Positions 1 through 12,460 of a DNA stretch of 60,000 nt are shown piece after piece (position 1 is the stretch's first letter; each line of letters begins with the position of its first letter). The notes under the pieces are model-generated. The model ran no database searches and was not told the DNA's origin. It worked only from the letters and a program-made list of their open reading frames with translations. The translations under genes were made by a program, and so were the position numbers. The stretch comes from Mobula hypostoma (taxonomy: Eukaryota), in NCBI RefSeq assembly GCF_963921235.1, contig NC_086109.1, positions 24,058,001-24,118,000 of the forward strand. Direction: 5' to 3'.

Positions 1-298
1 GCTGTTTGTGTGATTGACACCCAGTGTGCAGATGTTTAGGTGCTGATAACAGACCAATAAACAGCCAGTGTGATTTCCTGGTAAATAATTATTAAGACTG
101 AACTCCTCCGCACTGTTCGGCTTTTCCAGAAGGACACTGCTTCCCACTTGGAGCAGGGTTTGAGTGATGAAACCAGGCTTTGCTTAAAGGCCAGCCAAGG
201 TGTGGTAGGAGAAGAAGATGGCCCCTCCCTAAATCTACCAGATAGCACAGGCTGGCAACCAACATCGCTGCCCTTTCACATTCGGATGCTGCTCCTTA

Positions 299-1044
299 AG
301 GCTGATTTATACTTGTGCGTCAAATGTACGCCGTAGGTACGGCATAGCCACGTACCCTAAGCTGTACTCTATGCCGAACCCTACGCCGTAGCCTAACACG
401 CACCTCTCCCAAAATGTAACTACGCGTCACGGCGACGCAGACCGAAACAACTGTGATTGGTCTGCTTGGTAGCATCACATTTCCTCCTACGCTGCAATAG
501 CTTCCCATTAGGTGACTGAAGGGCAGGGAAGGAACTCTGGCTGCAATGCTTTCCATAAAGCTTTACAGACCTCCGAAATTATGGGCGACCCTGTGCTTGA
601 CACCAGTTTGTAGCTAGCTGCTACAATCTGTTGACGTCCACCTGAAGCTAAAACTCGAATGGTGATTGCCAGTCTCTGAGTATACCGTGCGTACACTATG
701 TGAAATAAATGGTTGGAGACGATGAACCAAATCGTCAAATCTACCTGCTGACATCCGAAAATATTTGAAATGCATTTCCTCGTCCATGTCTCTCAGTGGC
801 TGGACAAGCACAGAAAATTCACCCTCTTTCAGTTTCAGTCGCCATTGTTTGAAGTTTGAGTTTCTTCGTGTTGAGTTTCAACACGAAGAAACTCAACACC
901 GTGGCATAGAAACCCCATAGCGTTTTGGCGGTGAATTGCAGAGCGATGCAGACACACCAACGCACAAGTATAAATGCTTACAACGGCGTAGCCCACTTGC
1001 GTAGGCTATGGCGTAAGCGAGTATGCACAAGTATAAATCAGCCT
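299..1044 (-). mobile_element. Non-autonomous PIF/Harbinger DNA transposon (internally deleted, 746 bp)
   Basis: Perfect 20-bp TIRs aggctgatttatacttgtgc (299-318) / gcacaagtataaatcagcct (1025-1044); TTA target duplication at 296-298 and 1045-1047; internal transposase remnant; CpGs retained. Confidence 0.9.
508..811 (-). pseudogene. Frameshifted N-terminal fragment of a Harbinger (HARBI1-like) transposase
   Basis: [18 protein letters not shown], then in another frame [13 protein letters not shown]...[21 protein letters not shown], typical of the Harbinger transposase N-terminus; the DDE domain is absent. Confidence 0.8.
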
Positions 1045-1629
1045 TTACACCCGGCACTAATCTTTCCTCACAGATTGCCAGACCCACTGGAATCCACGGT
1101 GGAACTGATTGGGAAGGCAGGAAGCCACCAATGTGTATGAACACAGATATTTTCTGCTTACTGTGGGCAAGTCATTTCTCATTAGAGGTCTCACACTTAC
1201 TGCTTAATAATGTTTTTTATCATATCAAAATAAAATTTATGCACGTAAAAAATATACATTTACAAGAACAAACTGTGTACTGCTTTTCATTTTCACATTC
1301 ATAGTCAATGCTTTAAGTTGTGCTGTAATACATTCCTTAAAACCAATAGGGGTGTTTAAATTCCTGTGGCTCACTAGTACAATAATTGAGAAGTCATCCA
1401 CACCCCAAACTGGCCTGGAGCAGAAGAACCCTATACTGTGGTCCTCCCCCTCTGAACTCTTGCAGTGGCTGTACATGCTTAATAAGTTATGTTACAAGTA
1501 AAATATTCATCTAATTGTGGCAGCATTAATTAAGTGCTTGGTGGCACTTTGACATTGTGAGCCTCTGTCCTTTAACTCACGTTGAAACGGTGCTTGGATT
1601 GTTTGATACGAGAGATCTGAGGTAATTTT

Positions 1630-1810
1630 ATTCTATATCAAAGTAGTACCTGCTTGAAGAGTTCGATAGAACAGTTTGGGGGAAGTTCTTTTTTCTGACT
1701 AACTCTGAGGTATCTGCTCCGGGAGCTTTTGTTAGGATAGTGCAGAAAGAGCTTTAACCTGTGCTATATTTATCCCAGGCGTGTTTGATAGGATGATGCA
1801 GAGAGGGCTT
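1630..1810. repeat. Degenerate tandem repeat, same family as 2670-2900
   Basis: Recurrent variants of cctgggagtgtttgataggacagtgcagagagggcttt, heavily diverged. Confidence 0.5.
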
Positions 1811-1829
1811 GACGGACATTGAATTTTCC

Positions 1830-2275
1830 ACTCCCCTGTATTCTTTTCCCGCTCTCACCATTCCACTGGATTCTGCCTTCCTTTGTTCATATTTCCATCT
1901 TTCCTTCCCCTCTCCCCTCTTCTGTCATCTAATCTCATTATCCTCCACCGCTTAGTTCATTTGGACATCACTCATCCACCTGGGTTTCTTCTGTCTTGGT
2001 TACTCTTTCCTATCCCGTCCCCCACCTGGTTCCATCTGCTCATGAACCCTCTGTTACTTGGTTCCACCTATCACCTAACAATCTCTGTCTGCACCCCCCC
2101 ACGCCCTCTCCCCTCCCTCTCACTTCAATGTGCAGTCTGTCTTTCATCTACTGCCTCAGTCCTGCAGTAGAACCTTGCCTCCATAGATGTTGTTTTACAC
2201 ACTGAGGTCTTGGAGTAGTTTGTGCTTTTTTTTTTGCTCTGGAGTTCGGCGTCCACAATTTCTTCTGCCTCTAAG
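1830..2275 (+). mobile_element. Degenerate Penelope terminal-repeat-derived fragment
   Basis: Pyrimidine-rich body with ccacctatcacc, followed by a cctccatagatg...ggagtt-type end like the better copies at 19.4, 34.2 and 51.3 kb. Confidence 0.5.
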
Positions 2276-2284
2276 TCTGTGTGT

Positions 2285-2665
2285 CAAAGTTCACCGTTCA
2301 AAGTAAATTTATTATCACAGTACATAAATATCATCCTATACTACCCTAAGATTTATTTTCTTGCTGCCATTCAAAAGACCACATACTGTGCAAATATAAA
2401 AGGAGAGAAAAGAAACAGAAGAAGAATAATAAATAAGTGAGCAATAAGTATCAAGTGCATGAGTTGTGGAGTCCTTGAAAATGAGTCCATAGATTGTGAA
2501 GTTATTTCAGTGCTAGCTGAGTCAATTTATCCCCTCTGGTTCAAGAGCTGATGGTTGAGGGGAAATAACTATTCCTGAACCTGGTGGTGTGGGGCCTGAA
2601 GCTCCTGCACCTCCTTCCTGTTAATAGCACCAAGCACGGCCTGGATAATGAGGGTCCTTGTTGAT
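2285..2665 (-). mobile_element. Rex1/Babar-type LINE 3' fragment
   Basis: Near-identical layout to 20840-21300 and 59400-59860 (ttcaaagtaaatttattatc... ccctctggttcaagagc... ctgatggttgagggg... ttcctgaacctggtggtgtg). Confidence 0.7.
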
Positions 2666-2669
2666 TGTG

Positions 2670-2900
2670 CTTATCCTGGGAGTGTATGATGGGAAACCAT
2701 AGAAGGGGGGCTTTTCTCTCTATCTAATCCATGATGCTCTACTTGTCCTGGGAGTGTTTAATGGATTAGCGTAGAGGGAGTTATGTGCTACATTCAATCT
2801 ATGGTACAGCTATCCCATGAATCTTTGATAGCCCAGTGTAAACCGGGCTTCACTCTGCAGTTAATCCATCCTATAGTTGCCCTGGAAATGTTTGATGTTT
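2670..2900. repeat. Degenerate ~66-72 bp tandem repeat, about 3.5 units
   Basis: Motif cctgggagtg/cctggaaatg followed by tttgatg recurs at ~2675, 2747, 2815 and 2880. Confidence 0.6.
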
Positions 2901-3971
2901 GGGTGCCTGAAACTCAATAACATCCCTCACCCTAAGGCTAATAAAATTCACATGCAATAAAGAAAGTTTTTAAAAAAAAAAATCTGGCCTACTTCAACTT
3001 ACGCTCTGCAATCACCCACTCCTTTCAATAACCATAAACTCTCCGAGGTAAATCAAAAGCTGTCAAAGATATCAGCCTGAAATGGCAGCAGAGAACTTGC
3101 GCAGTATTAAGTGATAAGGTCCAGAAATGTTACAGTGATAAAGGATACTGCAGAGTTCAGTACTGGGAGGAATGATAAACACCTCTTTGATGTACTCAAT
3201 GAAATATGGGCTGTATCACCCTGGCAGATGAGATCCTTAGAAGCTGAAAAAGTAAGGAAATGGTTCTTGATCCAAATCTGCAATGTGGCCAAACTGCTTA
3301 TAAACCAACACAGACAGGAATTCCCAGGAGAAGGAAAGGGGTCAAGGCCATTTCCTTGGAGGGTGTGTAATACATTTGAAGATGCTGGGTGTTCGCTGAT
3401 GGGCTTCACTCCTTTAACACGTTTTGTCTGTATTCTGTTTACATTAGATGCAGTTCAGTGACTAAAGCTAGCGGGGTAACAGGCTTGTCAGGTTGATTTA
3501 TGAGCACATCAACCCAAGTTTCTGTGTATCGTACAAGACTGACAGCGGCAGTTCATTAAATCTGGGTCCTGAGTGACTCAGAACTTGGCGTCAGACCTGC
3601 TGTTTAAACGTCAACTTTAACCCTCTGAAATACACCATTTGTTTTTCAATGTTTTTCCTTCCTCTCCTGAAGCTACTGGCTCTTGTGATAATTCCACAGG
3701 TGCCAGGAACTTCCTTTTCAGTCGCCCAAGAGGCTCATCTTCTTGTGAGAACTTTGAGAATATGCATCTGCAGGCTGAACCACTGGGAGAGAACATTTCT
3801 GATTACTGGACTGGTTATCCAGAGATCATAAGTTCACAGCCAGGAGACACCTTAAAGTATTTTGCAGCCAATAAAATACTTTTTGGAGTGAAATCATAGT
3901 TGCAGTGAAATATCACTGTCAACTACAAACAGTGGGGTTCAACAAACATTAAAATAGTAATCTATATTTTA

Positions 3972-4400
3972 TAAACACGAGGAAGTCTGCAGATGCTGGA
4001 AATGCAAAGCAACACGCAGCCAAAATGCTGAAGCAACTCAGCAGGTCAAGCAACACCTATGGAAGTGAATAAACAGTTGACGTTTTGGGCCTGAAAAGGT
4101 AGGAGGGAGATGCCAGAATAAAAAAGAAGGGAAAGGGGAAGGAGGATAGCTAGAGGGTGATGGGTGAAACCAGGTGGGTAGGAAAGATAAAGGACTGGAG
4201 AAGAAGGAATCTGAAAGGAGAAGAGAGTGGACCATAGGAGAAAGGAAAGGAGGAGGGAACCCTAGGTGATAGGCAGGAGAAAATAGGTAAGAGGCTAGAG
4301 TGACGAATAGAACAAGAGGGGAGGGGAGGAAATTTTTTTTTACCAGAAGGAGAGATCAATATTCATGCCATCAGGTTGGAGGCTATTACAGAGGAATGGA
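3972..4400 (-). mobile_element. Penelope terminal-repeat-derived element (hammerhead region partly deleted)
   Basis: aaacacgaggaagtctgcagatgctgga terminus, purine-rich body and atgccatcaggttgga; reverse-complement homologue of 34190-34595. Confidence 0.8.
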
Positions 4401-4414
4401 TCTTGTTATTACTG

Positions 4415-6150
4415 TTGAGTACAGGGGACTATAGAGACAAGAGAAAGGAGCTGGCCAAAGTTGACTGGAAGAGGACTCTACCAGGGATGATGGTAGAACA
4501 GCAATGGCTGGAGCTTCTAAGAAGCAATTTGAAGGATGTATGATTGGTTCATCCCAAAGATTCTAAAGGGAGGTTGAGGCAACCAGGGCTGACAAGGGAA
4601 GTCAAAGACAGCATAAAAGCAAAAGTGTGGGAGTATAATATAGCAAAAATTAGTGGGAGGTTAGAGGAGTGGGAAGGTTTTATAAACCAACAGAACACAA
4701 CTAAAATACAACAATAAGGAGATAAACCATGAAATATGAAGGTAAGATAACTAATAATATAATGAGAGTTTTTCAGATACATACAGAGAAAAAGACAGGC
4801 AAGAGTGGACATCAGACCCCTGGAAAATGACACTGGAGTTGTAGATATGGGTACAAAGATATGGAGGACGAACTGAATAAGTATTTTTTGTCAATCTTCA
4901 CAGTGGAAGTGACCTAAAGCATGCCAGAAATTTGAGAATGTCAGGGGCAGAAGAGAGTGCAGTCACCATTACTAAGGAGAAGGTGCTTGGGAAGCTGAGA
5001 GGCCTGAAGGTAGATAAGTCACCTGGAATAGATGGACTACACCATAGGGTTCTGAATGAAGTAGCTAAAAAGATTGTAGAGGCATTAGTAATGGTCTTTT
5101 AAGAATCACTAGATTCTGGAATGGTTCCAGAGGACTGGAATATTGCAAATGTCACTCAACTCTTCAAGAAAGAGGTAGCTAAAGGGATTGTAGATGCATT
5201 AGTTGTGATATATCAAAAATTACTGGTTTCTGGAATTTTTCCGAAGGGTGGAAAATTACAAATGTCACTCGACTCTTTAGGAAAGGAGGGAGGCAAAAGT
5301 CAGAAAATTATAGGACAATTAGCCTGACTTCAATGTTGGCAAGATGTTAGAGCCCTTTATTAAAGATAAGGTTACAGAGTACTTGGAGGCATACCATAAA
5401 TTTGGCAGAAATCAGCATTGTTTCCTGAATGGAAAATCTCACTTGATAAATCTGTTCGAATTCTTTGATGAAATAATGGGCAGGATAAGCAAAGGGGAGT
5501 AAGTGGATGTTGCTCAATTGGATTTTCAGGAGGCCTCTGACAAGGTGCTGCATATGTGGTTGCTAAATAAGATAAAACCCATGGTATTATGGGCAAGATG
5601 CTAGCAAGGACAGAAGATTGGCTGACCGGCAGAAGGCAAACAGTGAGAATAAAATAAAGGGGGACTATTCCGAATGGCTGCTGGTGACTAATGGTGTTCC
5701 ACAGGGTTGCTGTTGTGTCCGCTATTTTTCACGTTTTATGTTAATAATTTGGCATCAAAGGTTACAGGGACAAGGCAGAAAAATTGGGATGAAGTCGTAT
5801 CCTCTTCTAGGACGTCCATTTAGAACAGAGATGCGGAGAAATTGCTTTAGTCAGAGCGTGGTAAATCTGTGGAATCTGTGGAATTTGTTGCCAAGTCATT
5901 GGGTGCATTTAAGGCAGAGATAGATAGGTTCTTGATTAGCCGTGGCATTAAAGGGTATGGGGAGAAGGCAGGGGAGTGGAGATGACTGGAAGAATTGGAT
6001 CAGCCCATGATTGAATGGCAGAGCAGACTCGATGGGCCGAATGGTTACTTCTGCTCCTATATCTTAAGGTCTTATATCAATCATGATCGGATCGCAGAGC
6101 AAACACGATGGGTCGAATGGCCTAATTCTGCTCCTATAGCTTAAGGTCTT
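4415..6150 (+). mobile_element. CR1 LINE composite (degraded ORF2 plus two 3' ends)
   Basis: VPEDWNIANVT, GVPQG and RRNCFSQSVVNLWNL motifs; two gggccgaatgg...ttctgctcctat 3' tails at ~6035-6075 and ~6110-6150. Confidence 0.85.
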
Positions 6151-6324
6151 ATATACAGAGGAAAACTTCACTTTTGGTGCCACGTGGGACCCTTTACATA
6201 TATTTGGTTTTACATTCAAAGGGCAATAGCTCTGACAATGCAGATTCCATCTGGTTTGCACTGGACTTACTGCTGTTGTCTCAGGAATAGATCTTCAATA
6301 ATTCTACCCATGAGTGCAGCCTTG

Positions 6325-6790
6325 GCGTTGAGCACAAAAGCTGGGACATTATGTTATAGCTGTACAAAACACTAGTTAGGCCACACTGTGTGCACTTCCA
6401 GTCACTGCTCTACAGGGGAATAATAAAGTTAGAGAGGGTGCAGAAAAGATTCACAAGGATGTTGTTTAGATTGGAGGACATGAGTTATCAGGGAAGATTG
6501 GATAAGCTTTTTCCCTTGGTGTGAAGGAGGCTGAGAGATGACATATAAAATTGAGAGAGAGCAGATTTATGGGTGTTGTGGGGAGTGAATTTTCCACACC
6601 ACGAGTAGTAGTAGAATGGACTGTGAGAGGAGGCGGAGGAAGAAGGGACATTAACAACATTTAAGAGGCATCTTGAATGAGCAGGGCCCAGAAGGATATG
6701 GAATTAATGCAGGCAATTGGGAATAGTATAGGTTGGCAAATTGGTTAGCAGTGAGTGGCAAGGCCTGTTTCTATGCTGTACAACTCTATG
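6325..6790 (+). mobile_element. Old CR1 3' fragment
   Basis: tgtacaaaacactagttaggccacac and gagagggtgcagaaaagattcacaaggatg, ending in tgctgtacaactctatga. Confidence 0.7.
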
Positions 6791-6959
6791 AGTGACCCAA
6801 TGAGCTTCTCAAGGAATTGAAAAAGGGCTTAAAGTCAAATTTCCCAGCAATAGTTAAATTACAAAACTGAATTGAAAAAGTTAGTGAAAGGATCCTATTT
6901 CTATTCATTCTGTCTGCACAGAATATTTCCAGCATGGATCACTCTATCAGAATATTCGC

Positions 6960-9367
6960 AAGGCAATTCTGCAGGTGATGTTATAGTCATGGGAGACTTT
7001 AATTTCCCAAATATATAGTGGGAGAACCCAATGACTAATGGATTACAGGAAAGTTTTTTTTTGACCCAGTACCAACAATAGGGGAGGCCTGTCTAGATTT
7101 GATATTCTGGAACAATCAGGATAGAATTTTGAGTACGAAGTTGTTGAGCCTTCAGGAGCAAACAATCATAACATTGTCAGTCTCGAGGTTTTTCGGAAGC
7201 GTCTATCAGTAAAACCAAAGCCATTAAATTTTGAATTTCAGAAAAGTAAGGTCTGTGCAGATGCAGTAAAGACTTCAGAAGGTAAACTGGAAGGAACTGT
7301 TTGCCGTTGAGTCAGTTGAAGAACAATGGAGTTAATTTAAAGAGGTAATTCATGCAGTGCAGGAAATGTTCATACTCAAGGTTGGGAGAAGCCATAAATA
7401 CAGTAGATCAACTACATGAATGAATAAAGACATACATAAAAAAAAGATTTAAGAAAAGACAGCTATATAAGAAAACAGGAAAAATGGTGGTGATGTTAAC
7501 AGTAGGGGATATGAAAATATGAGAGTTATAATCAAGAGGGAAATTAGGATTGCCAAAAGACAGGTTAAGAAGGATATTGCTGATAATGCTAAGATTGACC
7601 CCAAGAGATTTTTTTTTCAATACTTTAGTAGCAAAAGGAAAGTCAAGGAGGAAGTTAGGTGTATAAGGAATAATAATGGGGTGATAAATTATGCAGAGGA
7701 GGACATAGCAGATACTCTTAACTCATATTTTACTGAAGTATTCACCTGCAAAGATGTTAGCAATATGCCAGTAGGTGCGGAGAAAAATAAGGTTGTGTTA
7801 AGTGACTTAGAAATCTTAGAAAGTGAGGCCCTGCTTCAGCTGAAAGGCTGAGAGTTAATAAATCTCCAGGGCCAGACAACATATAACCAAGGGTATAAAG
7901 AGGGCTATGATTATGTATACAAACCCCTAACATGTATTTTTCAAAATTCAGGGAAGATTGGTGAAATCCCTAAGGACTGGAAACGGGTTAAAATTGTCCC
8001 GGTATATAAAATGGGTTACCACACTGACCCTGGTAACTATAGACTAGTAAGCTTAATGTATCATAGGTAAGAAAATGGAAACATGAATAAAGAATGAGAT
8101 GGAAAAGCAGCTGATAAGAACAGGCATGCCTGCAGATCGCCAGCATGAGCTCAGAAAGGGGAAATCATGTTTTACTAATATGTGGAGTTCTATGAAGAGG
8201 CGACTAAAATTTATACTAACAAAGATTGGTTGATATCATTTACTTGGACTTTCAGGAGGCTTTTGACAAGGTACCCCACAGGAGGTTAAGAATCAAATTA
8301 CAGGAGATAGGACTCAGGGTAAGGTGTGCAAATGGGTGCAGTATTGGCACAAAACCAGAAAACAATGAGTTTTCACACCTAGATGATGTTAAAAGTGGGG
8401 TTCCACAGGGATCAGTTTTGGGGCTGCTACTGTTTTTAATTTATATTAATCATTTGGATAAGCACATAACAAATTAACTAGTAAAGTTTGTAGATGACAT
8501 AAAATTAGGGGGACGAGCTGATAATATTCAGGCAGCAGAATCAATAAAGTTAGATCTAAACAAAATCCAGATGTGTGTGGATAAATGGCAGATGAAATTT
8601 AATGTAAGTAAATGTAAAATATTACATTTAGGAAGTCAAAATATTAGATATAAATATACAATGGAGGGTCTTGAGTTAGAAAGTGCACTGTATGCCAAGG
8701 ATTTGAGTGTCCTAGTCACACATCACTATCAACATCTAGACAATGCACAGAAGTGATTAGGAAGGCAAATAGAATGTTGGGCTATATAATGCGCTCAATG
8801 AAGTTCAAGTCTAGAGAGGCCACAATCGCCCTTAAGCTGTATAATGTGCTTGCGAGGCCACACTTTGAATACTCTGTATGGTTTTGGTCTCCATATTGTG
8901 TGAAGGATCCGAAGGCACTGGAGGGAGTCCAGGAAAGGGTGACTAGACTCATTCCAGGTCTGCAGGGTATGAGCTATGGAGAAAGATGTAAAGAATTAAA
9001 TCTTTTTAGCCTAAGTAGACATAGAATGAAAGGAGACATGATGGAAGTGTTCAAAATCATTAAGGGCATAAGTAAAGAGGATGCCAGCTGTTACTTCCAA
9101 ATTAATTCATCAATGAGGACATGGGGCCACAGGTGGAGACTGGTTAAAGAGAGATTTCAGACTAACATCAGGAAGCATTTCTTTACACAGCGAGTTGTGG
9201 ACATATAGAACAAACAACCTAGTTGTATAGCTGGGAGTGTGATCTTAGAGACTTTCAAATCTAAACCTGATAGCTATTTCAACACACTATGTGGATAGGA
9301 ATTTGGCAAGCTTTGTTTGGCCGAATGGCTTGTTCTTGTCAAAATCTTTCTAATGTTCTAATGTTCT
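6960..9367 (+). mobile_element. CR1 LINE, ~2.4 kb ORF2 relic (end of APE endonuclease through RT to 3' tail), AT-rich subfamily
   Basis: [57 protein letters not shown]; (ttctaatg)n tail; many stops and frameshifts. Confidence 0.92.
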
Positions 9368-9616
9368 GACTATTGGTCAGGAGGAGGACGAATCAAAGCT
9401 GACATTCACCCCACCCTACTCTTCATCTGAGAAGAACCACAGCAAACTGCAGTACCCAACTACATTCCACAAAGAATAGGCATGACTCAAGTGATGTCAC
9501 CAGCTGGATTCTTACCATGCTGAACAATATCTACAAACCACTGTGCCAGTGCCTTCCAAGTTATATCATTCTGACTCTAAATTTGTAATGTAACCAAAGC
9601 CAAAGTGAAGATAAAT

Positions 9617-10105
9617 TTAGGTGCATCTGCTTGGTGCAAATATCTAATCTGCCAATCATATGACAGCAACTTAATGTATAAAAGCATAGGTCAAGAGATC
9701 CAATTGTTGTTCAGACCAAATATCAGAACGGGAAAGCAACGTGACTCAAATGGCTTTGATAGTGGAATAATTGTTGGTACCATACGGGATGGTTTGAGAA
9801 AGCTGATCTCCTGGTATTTCATGCACAACGGTCTCTAGAGTTTATGGGGAATGGTGCGATAAACAAAAACAAAACATACAGTAAACAGCAGTTCTATGGG
9901 CAAAAACACCTTGTTAATGAGAGAGGTCAGAGGAAAATAGCCAGAATGGTTCAAGCTGACAAGAAGGCAACGGTAACTCAAATAACCACATGTTATAACA
10001 GTGGTGGGTTCAACATGTCAAACCTTGAAGTGGATGGTCTACTCTACAGTAACAGAAGACCACGAACATGCACTCAGTGGTACCTAATAAAGTGGCAATT
10101 GAGTC
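9617..10105 (+). mobile_element. Tc1/mariner non-autonomous element with transposase HTH remnant
   Basis: GQKHLVNERGQRKIARMVQADKKATVTQITTCYNSG; right TIR gtacctaataaagtggcaattgagtc followed by TA; homologous to 35601-36116. Confidence 0.8.
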
Positions 10106-10914
10106 TATATGTCATCATACTCTACCTTGAGATTCATTTTCTTGCAGGTATTATCAAGAAAAGGGAAATACAATAGAACCTTCCAAAAATCTGTACATAA
10201 GCAAGGACTTACAAATGCCAACAGCAAAAAAAAAGACAAACTGTGATCGCAATTTAACTCAAGGTAGAGGTAGCAGGTAAGGCTCTGATTGTTCAGATCT
10301 CTGGAATTTAGATCTGTTTGTCTTTCTCGGGACAGGGGGCTTAAGAAAATGCTTATCAGAACCAGGACCATTATTGTGCAACCAAATATTGACAATGCAT
10401 TTTGGACACTAAAGAAATTAAAGGATTATGCGACAGGGTCAAAAAATGGAGGTGAGGTAAGAAATCATATTGAATAACAAAGAAACCTCAAGGGTCTGCC
10501 TAGTCAATTCTGCCCCTATTTCCTACAAGCATAAAAAGAACCTTTAAGTAATTTTCACTATGTACCATTAGAGTAAAATGGAAAACAAATTTGTAACATA
10601 AAAGCCCAAACCTGTCAAAGAAAAAACCTCTGATGTGACATCAAAGCAGCTGTTTTAATATTAGTGTGAAACATAAACTTGATGATAATCATTCAAGACC
10701 TCAATCATTCCACTTAACCAACACACAGGTCCCTTTAACCAAAGTGAGTTGGTTCTCATTTGCTAAGTGAGGGGATTTAAAGGCAGGAAAGAAACAATTT
10801 ATACCTATTGGAGTTTTATGACTGTAACTGGCTCAAAAGATAGCCTGAGCATGTCCTATATCTGGACTTTCACATTTCAACTGTGGAAAAAACATACAAG
10901 GTTTTCTTTTGTTT

Positions 10915-11185
10915 ATTTATTGACAGAGAGTGTGGAATAGACCCTTCTGGTCCTTCAAGTCGCGACGAGCAGCAATCCCCCAATTTAGTCACAGCCTAAT
11001 CACAGAACAATTTACAATGACCAGCTAATGTAGTTAGTACCATTAGTACCAACTAATGTACCAGATGGAACATTTTTGGACAGTGGGAGGAAACCGAAGC
11101 ACCCAGAGAACGTACAAACAGGCAGTGGTGGGAATTGAATCCAGGTCGCTGGTACTGTAAAGCATTGTGCTAACCACTACAATCC
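10915..11185 (-). mobile_element. tRNA-derived SINE (V-SINE/HE1-like)
   Basis: Reverse complement has a gtagtggttagcacaatgctttacagtaccagcgacctggattcaattcc head (A/B boxes) and a ggtttcctcccac body. Confidence 0.75.
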
Positions 11186-11229
11186 TGCACCTTGCTGCTA
11201 CTGCTTTTATACAAGATCAGAGCTTAAGG

Positions 11230-11309
11230 CAGGGGTTCCCAACCTTTTTTATGCTATGGATCCCTACTACTAACTGAGGGGTCCATGGACCCCAGGTTGG
11301 GACCTCCTG
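11230..11309. mobile_element. ~80 bp hAT/Charlie-like MITE
   Basis: caggggttcccaacct...aggttgggacctcctg termini; 8-bp flanks gcttaagg/gctttagc; three more copies in the window. Confidence 0.8.
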
Positions 11310-11339
11310 GCTTTAGCGGTTGCATATAATTTTTAGGCA

Positions 11340-12460
11340 TGGATTGTGAACAAGTTAATTGACATGGAGCAGAGTAGGAATAAATTGATTATTTACAAAA
11401 TGACAAGAACTGACTAGGGAAGTGTCTCAAAGATTGATGCAGCTACTAGCAATCTCTATCTATGCTTAGAAGAATAAATTGTGGGTAATATATTCAAGAT
11501 TGTTCATGGTACAAATTACATGTAAAGTAAGCTGTGAAAAGGATACAAAGAGTTGTAGCACAGGCATTCTAAATCATTGGATAAAAAGGTGGTGAAATAG
11601 AATGTGTGAAATTAACTACTTTGATTGGAAGAATGGAAAAAAGAGGAAATTTAAATAAAAATAGGGATTAACAAATTTTGCTCTTCAAAGGCCATCTTTA
11701 TGTATTAATTACTGAGTTAGCATTTAAGTACAGCAAGCAATGGGGAAGTAAATGGCATTTAACCATTAATGGAATAATGCCAGAATATAAAGCGAGCAAT
11801 CTTACCACACTCATTTATTTGAGACTGCACCTAGAGTCTTTTTTAACCCATTTAGTCTCCTTGCCGGAAAGATTGTCGAAAAATTTGTCCCCCAGGATCA
11901 GCAGGACCAAGTTTGCTGTACAGCATCAAATGAGTATTGTACTCTGCCTCTAAAATTCATTCTAATTGGCAGAACTACGATTTGGTGCGTTCAGGGCTAC
12001 CATCTAGGGAGTGAATTTCCAGTCAGAAATGTTTGCCTTAGAGGACATGAAATGCACGAGATTGATTCCTGTGTTGAGAGGGGTGATTCCTTGTGGAGAG
12101 ATTTGTAGAAAGGACTTTTAATCTCTGGAGTTTAGAAGATTAAGAGGTGATCTCATTAAAACTGGGCTGGACAAACAGGGAAAACTAAAAGTAATGGTCA
12201 GAGTCTCAAAGTAAGTGTCTGGACATACAGGATTGAGAAAAGGAGATTTATTTTTCTACTGTGGGTTGTGAATTTTCAGACTCCTCCACCCCAGAGGGCA
12301 GTGAGCGCTCTGTCATTCTCGGCAGATTTCCATGCACTCGGGGAATCAAGGGATTTGTGTAGAAAAATTGAAAATGACATGAAGGTTCAGCCACCGTCTT
12401 ATTGAATGGCAGATCAGGCTTGAGAGCCTTTTGGTCAATTCATTCTCCTATTTCTTCTGA
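11340..12460 (+). mobile_element. Highly degraded CR1 3' region
   Basis: ctggagtttagaagattaagaggtgatctcattaaaac and gggttgtgaatttt...ccccagagggcagtg, plus a 3' tail. Confidence 0.6.

Noticed and set aside
2670..2900. Regularly spaced repeats superficially like a CRISPR array
   Set aside because: Vertebrate intron; whole units are similar, with no identical repeat plus unique spacer and no cas genes.
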